Of a stretch of DNA of 64,000 bases, positions 48,060 through 57,555 are shown piece by piece. The DNA comes from Actinomycetes bacterium (GTDB lineage: Bacteria; Actinomycetota; Actinomycetes; S36-B12; GCA-2699445): assembly GCA_022599915.1 (NCBI GenBank), contig JAHZLH010000027.1, positions 5,610-69,609 of the forward strand. Reading direction: 5' to 3'. Both the position numbers and the translations under genes were made by a program. Within the stretch, counting starts at the first letter, position 1, and every line of letters starts with the position of its first letter. The notes under the pieces were generated by a model. The model saw only the letters and a list, made by a program, of their open reading frames with translations. It was not told the origin of the DNA and made no database searches.

Positions 48060-48725
48060 TCAGGGGGTCAGCCCCAGACTGACCATCCGTTCACTGTGCC
48101 GCTCCGTCAGCCTCGCCAACATGTTGCTGAAATCTGCCAGCCCGGCACCGTCAGAACCAACGCCACCGATCACTAGTTGCGCAAGCGCTGGCCGATCAGC
48201 CGCCACCCGCTGCGCCTGCGCCAACGCCTCCCCCATGAGCCGTCGCCCCCACAACGCCAGTCGGCCGGCTGCACCAGGATCCTCCGACAGCGCCTGCTGA
48301 ACGTAGGGAACGACGAACTCGCCCTGACCGTTGCCCGACAGGACCTCATCAATGAATGCCTTCGTGTCAGGGTCCACCAACTGGGCAATCTCTCGCCCGA
48401 AGTCGGCCGCGATGCCATCACCGACATACACCTTCAGCAGCCCTTCCAGCAGATCCCTGGGCGCGGTGTTGTTGTGAAACTCCGCCAGAATCGGGATGTA
48501 ACTGTTAACCAATTCATCTGGATCGCCACCGAGCGCCACAATGCGATCCCGCACTTGGGTGAAATGGGCGAACTCGCCACAGGCGATAGCTCCCAGTTGG
48601 GCCTTGGCAGACAAGCTGGCAGACAGCGCGGAGTCCTTGGTCAGGTTCTCGAAAGCAAACAACTCCCCGCAGGCAATTAGGCCCAACAAATCGAGGACAG
48701 CAGGGTCATCTGGGGTGGGTGACAT
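48060..48725 (-). CDS. Ferritin-like fold protein (MiaE-like, Rv3210c type)
   Basis: GELFAFE, EFAHF, KVYVGDGIAADF, RLALWGRRLMGEAL. Confidence 0.88.
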   Translation of the reverse strand: MSPTPDDPAVLDLLGLIACGELFAFENLTKDSALSASLSAKAQLGAIACGEFAHFTQVRDRIVALGGDPDELVNSYIPILAEFHNNTAPRDLLEGLLKVYVGDGIAADFGREIAQLVDPDTKAFIDEVLSGNGQGEFVVPYVQQALSEDPGAAGRLALWGRRLMGEALAQAQRVAADRPALAQLVIGGVGSDGAGLADFSNMLARLTERHSERMVSLGLTP

Positions 48726-48865
48726 GGCAGCAGCCTAGCCATCTCAGCCCCCGGTATGGCGAACGGCGTAGACTAGGCCTAACAGCGCCGCTACCGCGGA
48801 TCAAATATCCACGCGAGACGTCTTCTCGCCGGACAGGCCGGCGCCCCACGATTTTCGGAGAACAT

Positions 48866-50443
48866 GTGTCGGAAGACAAACCCACCATTGAAGAACAACC
48901 CACCTTTGCTGAGCTGGGCGTGCGCGAAGAAACCGTGCGCGCGCTGGCAGATGCAGGTATCGAGCGCGCCTTCCCCATTCAAGCGCAAACCCTGCCGCTA
49001 GCCCTTGGCGGAGCCGACCTGATAGGTCAAGCTAAAACCGGCACCGGCAAGACTCTCGGCTTCTCAGTGCCGATCGTGCAGGGGCTGATTGCTCCGGGTG
49101 AAAGTGACGCGCCGCAGGTGCGACCACAGGCGTTGATCGTCGTTCCCACTCGCGAACTGGCGATTCAGGTTGCCAAAGACATCGAACAGGCCGGCAGCGT
49201 GCGTAACGTCCGAGTGCTTACCATTTACGGTGGTCGGGCATACGAGCCGCAGATTGAAGCCTTGGTCAAGGGAATCGATGTCGTGGTGGGAACACCCGGG
49301 CGATTGATCGATCTGGTTCAGCAGCGCCATCTCGACCTATCGGCTGTGCGCTACCTCGTTCTCGATGAGGCCGATGAAATGCTAGATATGGGCTTCCTCC
49401 CTGACGTTGAGAAGATCGTGTCCAACGTGTCAACGGAGCGGCAAACAATGCTGTTCTCCGCCACCATGCCCGGCCAAATCGTGTCTCTGGCCCGCCGCTA
49501 CATGGATAAGCCGACCCACATCCGGGCGATCGACATCCATGATGAGGCGGCCACCGTAGACGCCATCGAGCAGCACGTCTGGCGTGCTCACCCGATGGAC
49601 AAAATGGAGGTCGTCGCTCGAGTACTTCAAGCGAAGGACCGGCAGTTGGTGATCATCTTCAGTCGAACCAAGCGACGGGCCCAGCGCATCGTGGACGATC
49701 TCACCGAACGGGGCTTCGCCGTGGGCTCGCTGCATGGTGACCTCGGCCAGGGAGCTCGGGAACAGGCGCTACGTGCCTTCCGCAGCGGCAAGATCGACAT
49801 CCTGGCTGCCACCGACGTCGCCGCTCGCGGTATCGACATTGATAACGTCTCCCACGTCATCAACTACGAATGTCCCGACGACGAAAAGACCTACGTGCAC
49901 CGCATCGGCCGCACCGGGCGCGCCGGCTCATCCGGGGTCGCGGTCACGTTGGTGGATTGGGAGGACATGGCCCGCTGGGCGATGATTGACCGGGCGCTTC
50001 GACTTCCGTTCGCGGAGCCCATCGAGACCTACTCCACCTCCGATCACATCTTCACCGGCCTGGGAATTCCCAAGGAAGCTACTGGCACGCTGCCGAAGCA
50101 GAATCGCATCCGCGCTGGCCTAGCCGCGGAAGAGATCGAGGATCTCGGTGAGACTGGACGCGGACCGAAGAAGTCGGACAACTCCGGCGGGGGCAACCGC
50201 AACCAGGGTCAGGGGGGCCGAAACCGGAACCGAAATCGGAACCGCTCCGGTGGCGGAAAATCCGGTGGCCAAGGCGGAAACGGGAACTCGGAAAAGTCCG
50301 GTAACAATAAGTCGGCGACTCAGAGCAGCGGTGCTGGTAACCAGGGTGAGGGTTCGGGCAGTAAGCCGAAGCGCAACCGGAAGCGGCGCCGCCGGTACTC
50401 GGGATCGGAAAGTGCATCCTCACCGGTGCCCAAGGATCAGTAA
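48866..50443 (+). CDS. DEAD-box RNA helicase (RhlE-like)
   Basis: AFPIQ, AKTGTGKT, PTRELA, LDEAD, SAT, HRIGRTGR; Gly/Asn/Arg-rich tail. Confidence 0.96.
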   Translation: MSEDKPTIEEQPTFAELGVREETVRALADAGIERAFPIQAQTLPLALGGADLIGQAKTGTGKTLGFSVPIVQGLIAPGESDAPQVRPQALIVVPTRELAIQVAKDIEQAGSVRNVRVLTIYGGRAYEPQIEALVKGIDVVVGTPGRLIDLVQQRHLDLSAVRYLVLDEADEMLDMGFLPDVEKIVSNVSTERQTMLFSATMPGQIVSLARRYMDKPTHIRAIDIHDEAATVDAIEQHVWRAHPMDKMEVVARVLQAKDRQLVIIFSRTKRRAQRIVDDLTERGFAVGSLHGDLGQGAREQALRAFRSGKIDILAATDVAARGIDIDNVSHVINYECPDDEKTYVHRIGRTGRAGSSGVAVTLVDWEDMARWAMIDRALRLPFAEPIETYSTSDHIFTGLGIPKEATGTLPKQNRIRAGLAAEEIEDLGETGRGPKKSDNSGGGNRNQGQGGRNRNRNRNRSGGGKSGGQGGNGNSEKSGNNKSATQSSGAGNQGEGSGSKPKRNRKRRRRYSGSESASSPVPKDQ

Positions 50444-50483
50444 CTCCTGCTCTGTGGCCGCCGAGATGAGTAGGCTGCCGGCG

Positions 50484-50527
50484 AGTGGGTCAGTGGGTCA
50501 GTGGGTCAGTGGGTCAGTGGGTCAGTG
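50484..50527. repeat. Tandem repeat (AGTGGGTC)x5.5
   Basis: Five exact 8-bp units plus AGTG, overlapping the stop codon of the 50514-50834 gene. Confidence 0.95.
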
Positions 50528-50834
50528 ACAGACTGACCCAGCTGCGCTGTTTGCACGCTGGGCACTTCAACCACATCCGCACCCCGGATCCGGGCGCAAT
50601 CGCCGGGATACTCGGGAACGCCAACTTCAGCGCTCCACTCCAGCTAACCACCGTGCGCCCTTCGCACTTGGTACAGGTGATGGCGACCGACCCGAAGGTG
50701 GGTGGCTCCGGGGCCGCAGAAAACAGCGCCCGCTTTCCTTCTCGATCAGGTACTCGCACCTCACCGTTTTCGATGAGGCTGTCGCGCTCTTCGAGATTAC
50801 GACGGCGCACTCGATCGAAGGAGGAGGCAGTCAT
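50514..50834 (-). CDS. Small zinc-ribbon protein coupled to ParA
   Basis: CTKC...CPAC; TGATG overlap with the ParA stop. Confidence 0.8.
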   Translation of the reverse strand: MTASSFDRVRRRNLEERDSLIENGEVRVPDREGKRALFSAAPEPPTFGSVAITCTKCEGRTVVSWSGALKLAFPSIPAIAPGSGVRMWLKCPACKQRSWVSLSLTH

Positions 50835-51601
50835 CAGCGGTCCCCCTCGGAATCAATCAAATTGCGGGCTAGGGTGCGGTAGGCCTCCGCCCCTCGGGCA
50901 CGCTTGGCCGTCGACAGCACCGAGCGGCCTTGTGCCGGAGCCTCAGCGAACCGAATCGACTTCGCAATCGGCGGGTCCAGCACCGGCAAATCGTAACGTT
51001 CACCAATGTCCTCAATGACCGCACGGGAGTGATTGGTGCGGGCATCAAACAACGTCGGGAGTACCCCTAGCACCCGCAGTTTCGGGTTAGTGAGCCGCTG
51101 GACGTCCTTGACGGTATCTAATAGTTGACCGACCCCGCGATGGGACAGGGTCTCGCATTGCAGCGGAATCAGGACCTCATCTGCAGCGGTCAGCGCATTG
51201 ATCGTGAGTACTCCGAGAGAGGGCGAGCAGTCGAAAATGACATAGCCATAGTCACTGGCAATGTCCTCAAGGGCCAGCCGCAGTGTGTGCTCCCGGCCAG
51301 TTCGGGTCAGTAGGTGCGCTTCGGTACCAGCCAGATCGATCGTGGCGGGCAGCAGGTCCATGCCGTCATCGGTGGGGGTCACCACCATCCCGGCGCCGAC
51401 CCGCTCCAGCAGCACGTCATGCAGGCTCATATCCAGGGTCTCTGGATCCAAACCCAGTGAGAAGGTCAAACATGCTTGCGGATCCAGATCCACTACCAGC
51501 ACCTTCTGACCCTGCTCAGCCAAAGCGGCGCCGATGGAAGCGACGGTGGTGGTTTTGGCCACCCCGCCTTTCTGGTTGGCGACAGCGATTATTCGCGTCA
51601 T
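50834..51601 (-). CDS. ParA/Soj family ATPase (Rv3213c-like)
   Basis: NQKGGVAKTT, DLDPQ, DCSPSLG, PLQCE, RFAEAP. Confidence 0.95.
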   Translation of the reverse strand: MTRIIAVANQKGGVAKTTTVASIGAALAEQGQKVLVVDLDPQACLTFSLGLDPETLDMSLHDVLLERVGAGMVVTPTDDGMDLLPATIDLAGTEAHLLTRTGREHTLRLALEDIASDYGYVIFDCSPSLGVLTINALTAADEVLIPLQCETLSHRGVGQLLDTVKDVQRLTNPKLRVLGVLPTLFDARTNHSRAVIEDIGERYDLPVLDPPIAKSIRFAEAPAQGRSVLSTAKRARGAEAYRTLARNLIDSEGDR

Positions 51602-51683
51602 ATCTGCTTACCCCTCACGTGCGCCGGACCTGCAAAAGGGTCGGTCCGACAAACCCTCCATCGCTGATCATATTCTGCTTTTC

Positions 51684-52541
51684 ATGAGTATCCCACCCTC
51701 ATTGCGATTACCTTCTGGTGTCGAACCGCTAACGGTCACGACACACACCGGTGAATTGGCCGCTTTGCGCTCGGGCGAGGCCCCACTGCCGGATATTTTA
51801 ATGGTGCCCGGATTCACCGGTAGCAAGGAAGATTTCTTGCCGTTGCTCCCCCTGATGGCGGAACGGGGTTGGTCGAGTTGGGCCATCGATCAACACGGCC
51901 AGTATCAAAGCACCGGGCCAGCCGAAGACCGTAGCTTCTCTCTCACCGGCTGGGGACGCGATGTCTTGGACCTCGCCCGCCATGCTGGTGGAGTGCATCT
52001 GCTGGGCCATTCGTTCGGCGGATTGGTGAGCAGGGAAGCCGTCCTTGCGGACGCCGAACCTTTTCACAGCCTGACCCTGCTCAACTCCGGACCCGGCGCG
52101 CTGCCAGAACGTCATCACAATCGGTTGGCGCTGCTGATGTCGGTGATCCCGGAACTGACCATGGAGCAGATCTGGCAGGCAAAAACCGAACTAGAGCGAG
52201 CTGATGGGGTACCCGCCCCACCCGCTGAGATTGCCGAGTTCCTGCACACGCGCTGGATCATCAGCTCACCGGGAGCGCTCTATGCCATGGCACGGGCCTT
52301 GACCCGCTGTCCGGATCGCACCGCTGACCTCGCCCAAGTCGTGACCGCTGGCCTGCCCTGCTTAGTGGCTTATGGTGAATACGACGACACGTCGTGGCAC
52401 CCTGACGAGATGGCGCTCATGGCCCTCCAACTCGGAAGTCCCGCGGTGGTTATCCCCGAGGCCGCCCACAGCCCCGCCGTCGAGACGCCAGCAGCACTCG
52501 CAGAACTGCTCGACCGCTTCCTCCGGCAATCGGGTGAATAA
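51684..52541 (+). CDS. Alpha/beta fold hydrolase
   Basis: VPGFTGSKEDF, GHSFGG, AHSPAVE. Confidence 0.9.
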   Translation: MSIPPSLRLPSGVEPLTVTTHTGELAALRSGEAPLPDILMVPGFTGSKEDFLPLLPLMAERGWSSWAIDQHGQYQSTGPAEDRSFSLTGWGRDVLDLARHAGGVHLLGHSFGGLVSREAVLADAEPFHSLTLLNSGPGALPERHHNRLALLMSVIPELTMEQIWQAKTELERADGVPAPPAEIAEFLHTRWIISSPGALYAMARALTRCPDRTADLAQVVTAGLPCLVAYGEYDDTSWHPDEMALMALQLGSPAVVIPEAAHSPAVETPAALAELLDRFLRQSGE

Positions 52542-52561
52542 CGGCGATGACCCGCCGCCGA

Positions 52562-52587
52562 GGTTTACTGGCCCCGCACCGGGGTAT
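52562..52587 (+). promoter_or_regulatory. SigF/SigB-type promoter
   Basis: GGTTT-N15-GGGTAT, 9 nt before ATG 52597. Confidence 0.7.
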
Positions 52588-52596
52588 CCCACCGGC

Positions 52597-52989
52597 ATGG
52601 ACCGTCACCTCACCCTGAGCGAAAGCGACCTCGCGGCTCGGCAAGCCCGCGACGCGGTGCGCAACGCGTTGACGGACTGGCAACTGTCTTCCTGCCTGGA
52701 TGATGCGCTCCTGATCGCATCGGAACTGGTGACCAATGCAGCAACTCACGGAATTGGCGAGGTGTCGCTCCATCTGCGAGTGTCCGGCAGTTTGCTCCGT
52801 ATCGAGGTTCACGACGAGCAAGTAGAAGCACTACCCGAGACCCGCGCACCAGGTGACACCGAACCCGGCGGTCGGGGACTGCACCTGGTTGCGGCACTCA
52901 GTTCGAACTGGGGTTGGGAAGTCGGCGCCCATACGAAGACGATCTGGGCCGAAATTCCCTGCGGCGCCGATCAACTAGCCAGTAACTGA
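52597..52989 (+). CDS. RsbW-like anti-sigma / HATPase_c ATP-binding protein
   Basis: ASELVTNAATHG, IEVHD, GGRGLHLVAALS, WG, KTIWAE. Confidence 0.9.
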   Translation: MDRHLTLSESDLAARQARDAVRNALTDWQLSSCLDDALLIASELVTNAATHGIGEVSLHLRVSGSLLRIEVHDEQVEALPETRAPGDTEPGGRGLHLVAALSSNWGWEVGAHTKTIWAEIPCGADQLASN

Positions 52990-53748
52990 CTCGCTGCGCT
53001 GCTTGAGCAGTAATTCCAGAACTGCCATCACCTCGTCTGGAGTGGCCACTCGGAATGATGCGGCAGTGTCGCCCTCCCCCACTTTGATGCCCAGATCATG
53101 AGCCGACAGAACGGCAAAACCTCGTTCGTCGGTCACATCGTCACCGATGAACGTCACCAGATCTACATTGAATCGTTGCCGTAGTAGTGAAATCGCAGCC
53201 CCTTTGTCCCCACGGGCTACCGACAGTTCCACCACTTCCTTGCCAGTGGTGATGTGCACCCCTGACCATGACCCCGGTCCGGCAATCACTTCCTCGGTGA
53301 TTTGCTGGGCTTGCTGCCGATCGGCGACGTTGCGGACGTGCACCGCCACACTGACCGGTTTGGTCTCCAGTAATGATCCAGTGGCTCCGGTCGTGATCTG
53401 TCCGACGGCGGCCACTACTCGCTGCAGCAGGTCCGCGTCGCCACTAGCAGCAGATCCGGTGAGCTGTGCGGGAAGTTCCGCGCCATGACAACCAATCTGC
53501 AGGATTGGATCGACCACTCCGGATAGCCGAGCCAAATCTGCGCGAGCCCGACCCGACAACAGCGCCACTTCAGTGTCCGGTAGCTCTGCGAGCCGCTGCA
53601 GCAATGACACCGCGCCAGGCAATGGTCGAGCTGCCTGCGGGTCGGACACGATCGGGGCGAGGGTTCCGTCAAAATCCCAGCACGACAGCAGTCGAGGCGA
53701 TGCCGCGGCCCGCGAGATCGCTTGGCGCAGCGACTCCGGCAATGTCAC
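52975..53748 (-). CDS. otsB: Trehalose-6-phosphate phosphatase
   Basis: DFDGTLAP, LSGR, DKG, IGDDVTDE. Confidence 0.94.
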   Translation of the reverse strand: MTLPESLRQAISRAAASPRLLSCWDFDGTLAPIVSDPQAARPLPGAVSLLQRLAELPDTEVALLSGRARADLARLSGVVDPILQIGCHGAELPAQLTGSAASGDADLLQRVVAAVGQITTGATGSLLETKPVSVAVHVRNVADRQQAQQITEEVIAGPGSWSGVHITTGKEVVELSVARGDKGAAISLLRQRFNVDLVTFIGDDVTDERGFAVLSAHDLGIKVGEGDTAASFRVATPDEVMAVLELLLKQRSESVTG

Positions 53749-53750
53749 GG

Positions 53751-55163
53751 CTAGTCCTCCAGTTGCGTCAGGAAGTTAGTTGCCCAACGTTCCACATCGT
53801 CTTCGAAGACAGCGTGCCGTAGGGCCAGCATTCTGCGATGTGCCTCTGCCGGATCCGCTCGGACCGCATCAATGATGCTGCGTTTCACGCCATCAATATC
53901 AAACGGGTTCACTAGCCAGGAATCGCCCAATTGATTGGCGGCACCGGTGAACTCGCTGAGAACCAGCGCCCCGTCCTCGTTGTAACGACAGGCCACGTAC
54001 TCCTTGCAGACCAAGTTCATGCCATCTCGTAACGGGGTAACCAACATGACGTCCGCGGTGGAGTACATGGCGACGAGTTCCGTGCGCGTCAGCGTCTGGT
54101 GGAGGTACTGGACGGGGGTGGTGCCCAGCGATCCCAGATCACCGTTCGCTCGGCTCACCAGTAGTTCAACATCGTCACGGATTCGCTGGTACTCCTCCAC
54201 ATTTTCACGACTCGGTGTGGCCACTTGGACAAAGACGGTCTTTTCCGGATCCAGCTCGTTGTCTTCCAGCAGTTCGGTCACCGCCCTGATGCGGACGTCG
54301 ATGCCCTTGGTGTAATCGAGTCGGTCAATACCCAATAGCAGGACATCGGGATCACCAAGATCGCTACGAATCTCAGCTGCCCGGGCCTGAACTTCTGGAC
54401 TCGCCGCCAGGTCGGCGAAGTCCATCGCCCGGATGCCGATGGGGAATGCATCTACCCGCACCGTCCGCGGCCCGTTCAACTCGTCAACGACGACACGATC
54501 GCCACCGGGTCGGAGTGCCACAAATCTGCGCACCAACCGCAGGAAATTCAGCGCCGCTTCCTTGGTCTGAAAACCCACCAGATCGGCTCCAAGCAGGCCT
54601 TCCAGGACTTGTCGCCGCCACGGGAGTTGACTGAAAACCTCGACCGGGGGGAAGGGGATATGTAGGAAATACCCAATTTTCAGATCAGGCCGCAGCGCGC
54701 GCAACATCTTGGGCAGCAACTGCAACTGGTAGTCATGTACCCACACCTGTGAATGCTGCGGCGCCACTTCCGCGATTCGGCGAGCGAACTTCTCATTGAC
54801 TCTGCGATACGACTCGAACTGGGTGCGGTGATAGACGGGCGGAACGATGGCGTCGTGGTAGAGCGGCCAAATAGCTCCGTTCGAGCACCCCTCGTAGTAG
54901 CCCTCGATTTCCGCTCGACTGAGCGGCACCTCATCTAGTTCGAGTTCACCTGTCGCTGCCGGCAGCGGTGGGACGGTGTCTGCCTCATCGCTGAAGATGC
55001 CATTCCAGCCAATCCATAGCGCTCTACGATGACGGAGTACCGACTCCATTGCAGTCACCAAGCCGCCGGGAGCGGCCCGCCAGTCACCGGCTTCATGGTC
55101 AAACTCCACCGGTAGGCGATTCGCCACCACCACCAGCGGAGTTTCGTCCAACTCTTGCGTCAT
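53751..55163 (-). CDS. otsA: Trehalose-6-phosphate synthase
   Basis: VANRLP, GGLVTA, WVHDYQL, FLHIPFP, DRLDYTKG, RDGMNLVCKEY. Confidence 0.96.
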   Translation of the reverse strand: MTQELDETPLVVVANRLPVEFDHEAGDWRAAPGGLVTAMESVLRHRRALWIGWNGIFSDEADTVPPLPAATGELELDEVPLSRAEIEGYYEGCSNGAIWPLYHDAIVPPVYHRTQFESYRRVNEKFARRIAEVAPQHSQVWVHDYQLQLLPKMLRALRPDLKIGYFLHIPFPPVEVFSQLPWRRQVLEGLLGADLVGFQTKEAALNFLRLVRRFVALRPGGDRVVVDELNGPRTVRVDAFPIGIRAMDFADLAASPEVQARAAEIRSDLGDPDVLLLGIDRLDYTKGIDVRIRAVTELLEDNELDPEKTVFVQVATPSRENVEEYQRIRDDVELLVSRANGDLGSLGTTPVQYLHQTLTRTELVAMYSTADVMLVTPLRDGMNLVCKEYVACRYNEDGALVLSEFTGAANQLGDSWLVNPFDIDGVKRSIIDAVRADPAEAHRRMLALRHAVFEDDVERWATNFLTQLED

Positions 55164-55472
55164 CACTACCGCGTCCTCGACTCGTATCGATCAGTTTCAC
55201 CATAGCCGGATTGCGGCCCGCTCCCTCCTGCTTGTCATGATTCATTAACCTGCCCTCCCCACGAATGACAGCGGCAGTCATCTCGCAGCCTGAAGTGCCA
55301 GCTCCTGATATCAGGCAGCAGATTGTGGTGGCAACGGGTGGCGCAGATTACGACATGCAGTGGATTTCAGGTAAATCGCAGGAACCAAGTGGGACTGCAC
55401 TGAGTCGTAGGAATGACTCGAGCGGGCGATCAGTCTTTTCGACAAACACCGACATCGAACAGGGATGTGGTC

Positions 55473-57086
55473 ATGACTATTGGACTTACCGGAACACAAC
55501 CGCGAATCCGGGCTCTAGTACTTGCGTTGGCTTTCGCGCTTGGGCTCGGACTCGTCGCAGCCACCACCCAGGGAGCCGCCGCACCCGCTCGAGCAGAGTC
55601 GGATCTGCCGGCCTTGCCGCTACGCACTAGTGGGAATCAGATTGTGGCTGCTGACGGCCGGCCGGTGATCTTGCAGGGGGTGAACTGGTTCGGCATGGAA
55701 ACTGCCGCCCATGCCCCGCACGGATTGTGGTCACGCGACTACCGCGACATGCTCGCCCAGATCGCCGGGTTGGGGTTCAATACCATCCGGTTACCGTTCT
55801 CTTTGGCGGCATTGCGCTCCACCGCCACCAGCGGTATCGACTATGGCGGTGGCCGCAACGAGGAACTGCAAGGTCGGACGCCACGACAAGTCATGGATGC
55901 CGTCATCACTGCCGCTGGTGACTACGGGTTAATGATCATCTTGGATAACCACTCGCAAGCAGACGACGGATTCATGTACGACCTCTGGTACGGGCAAGAC
56001 GGATTCACCGAAACCGACTGGGTCAACACCTGGAAAGACCTCGCCCGCCGCTACCGCGATACCAAGAACGTGATCGGGTTCGACCTGAAAAACGAACCCC
56101 ACGGTTCCGCCACCTGGGGCGACGGCAAAGCCACCGACTGGCGGCGTGCTGCCGAACGCGCCGGCAACGCCGCTTTGGCAATCGCACCCAATAAACTGAT
56201 CATCGTGGAGGGCATCGAAGGACCGGCTCCCGGACAACAGTTGGATCGCCATTGGTGGGGTGGCAACCTCGAAGGTGCCGCAAGCCACCCCGTGCGACTC
56301 AGCGTCGGCAACCGACTGGTGTACTCCCCGCACGAATACGGCCCCGGTGTGCATGATCAGCCCTGGTTTTCTGACCCCAACATGGCCGACATTCTCACCC
56401 AGCGGTGGGACACTGGCTTCGGCTACCTGCACGACAGCAACACCGCCCCCATCCTGATTGGCGAGTTCGGCGCCAAGAACGTCGGTACAGACACCACCGA
56501 GGGCCGCTGGATCCGCCAATTCGCGAACTACCTCGCCGATAAGGGCATGCACTGGACCTACTGGTCCTGGAATCCCAACTCCGGCGATACCGGCGGAATC
56601 CTCACCGATGACTGGACCACTACCCACCCGGATAAAACCGCACTCCTGCAAGATCTGATGAAGCGAGCAAAAGTAAATCCCGGCACCGGCGGCAACCCGG
56701 GAAGCGGCAAGAACCCCGATGGAACCAGCGGCTCCCCAGGTAATGGCCCAGCGGCGGGATCACCGGGGAAGGTATCTCGGGCGAAACTCAAGGTCACTCG
56801 CAAACGTGGCAAGACGAAGTACGTGCTGGTGGCGCGGGCGCCGAAGTCTGTGGGTACAAGTGCCGTCACCGGCTATCAGTTCAGGCTGCGCAGCAAGGTG
56901 GACGGCAACAAGAGCCCTTGGCAATCTTGGCGCTCCATGAAGTTCGGCACCGAGAATGGTAAGGCCAGGAAGACTCTGAACCGGTTACGCAAACTCCCCA
57001 GTGGCAGCAAGGTCAAAGTTCAGGTCCGTGCCGTCAACTCAGTGGGGCCCGGCGCCAAAGTCCCGGTCAAGCGACGCATCCGCTAG
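55473..57086 (+). CDS. Secreted GH5 glycoside hydrolase (endoglucanase-like) with Gly-rich linker and basic Fn3-like C-terminal domain
   Basis: Signal peptide, GVNWFGME, FNTIRLPF, DLKNEPH acid/base, YSPHEY, IGEFG nucleophile, WSWNPNSGDTGG. Confidence 0.92.
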   Translation: MTIGLTGTQPRIRALVLALAFALGLGLVAATTQGAAAPARAESDLPALPLRTSGNQIVAADGRPVILQGVNWFGMETAAHAPHGLWSRDYRDMLAQIAGLGFNTIRLPFSLAALRSTATSGIDYGGGRNEELQGRTPRQVMDAVITAAGDYGLMIILDNHSQADDGFMYDLWYGQDGFTETDWVNTWKDLARRYRDTKNVIGFDLKNEPHGSATWGDGKATDWRRAAERAGNAALAIAPNKLIIVEGIEGPAPGQQLDRHWWGGNLEGAASHPVRLSVGNRLVYSPHEYGPGVHDQPWFSDPNMADILTQRWDTGFGYLHDSNTAPILIGEFGAKNVGTDTTEGRWIRQFANYLADKGMHWTYWSWNPNSGDTGGILTDDWTTTHPDKTALLQDLMKRAKVNPGTGGNPGSGKNPDGTSGSPGNGPAAGSPGKVSRAKLKVTRKRGKTKYVLVARAPKSVGTSAVTGYQFRLRSKVDGNKSPWQSWRSMKFGTENGKARKTLNRLRKLPSGSKVKVQVRAVNSVGPGAKVPVKRRIR

Positions 57087-57097
57087 ACCGGAATCGT

Positions 57098-57496
57098 TCA
57101 GCTCGGTCCCACCTGCTGGGGAACCAACGTGTCCACTAGCGCCCATGTCTCCGACTCCCCGACGAGTCGTTCGATGAGTACTGTGTCGGCAACACTCAGC
57201 AGGTCGAGACGTTGCGCTATCAGGACTGCAGCAGCGAATCGCCGCTCGTGGCCTGGCTCATCTCGCGGTTCATCCCCGAGCATGGTGACTAGCTGCACCA
57301 ACTGATCGTGACCTGCCACCTGCTTGGCTATGGGACGAACGACAGCCCCAATTTCAGGTACGGTCACGCCGTAGTGGCGTAGCGAGCTCGTTGGATACCC
57401 CGATTCCTTCGTTGCCCGCTGTTCAGTGTCCACCGCCCGAAGTTGTTCATCGACTAGCGCAACGGGTTCCACTACCGAGGCTGCAGTTGACGCCAT
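57098..57496 (-). pseudogene. Truncated DNA alkylation repair (AlkD-like) protein
   Basis: HYGVTVPEI, ERRFAA, TWALVDTL, then a stop after about 132 aa; the C-terminal half appears absent. Confidence 0.6.
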
Positions 57497-57555
57497 CCAT
57501 GTCAACTCCTCGCGCCGGTGACTCGGACGCCCGCACCTTCACCAACTAACTGGCG

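Noticed and set aside
55368..55400. Canonical c-di-GMP-I riboswitch
   Set aside because: The GNRA-capped stem and the GCAAAG segment are absent; kept only as an unassigned structured leader.
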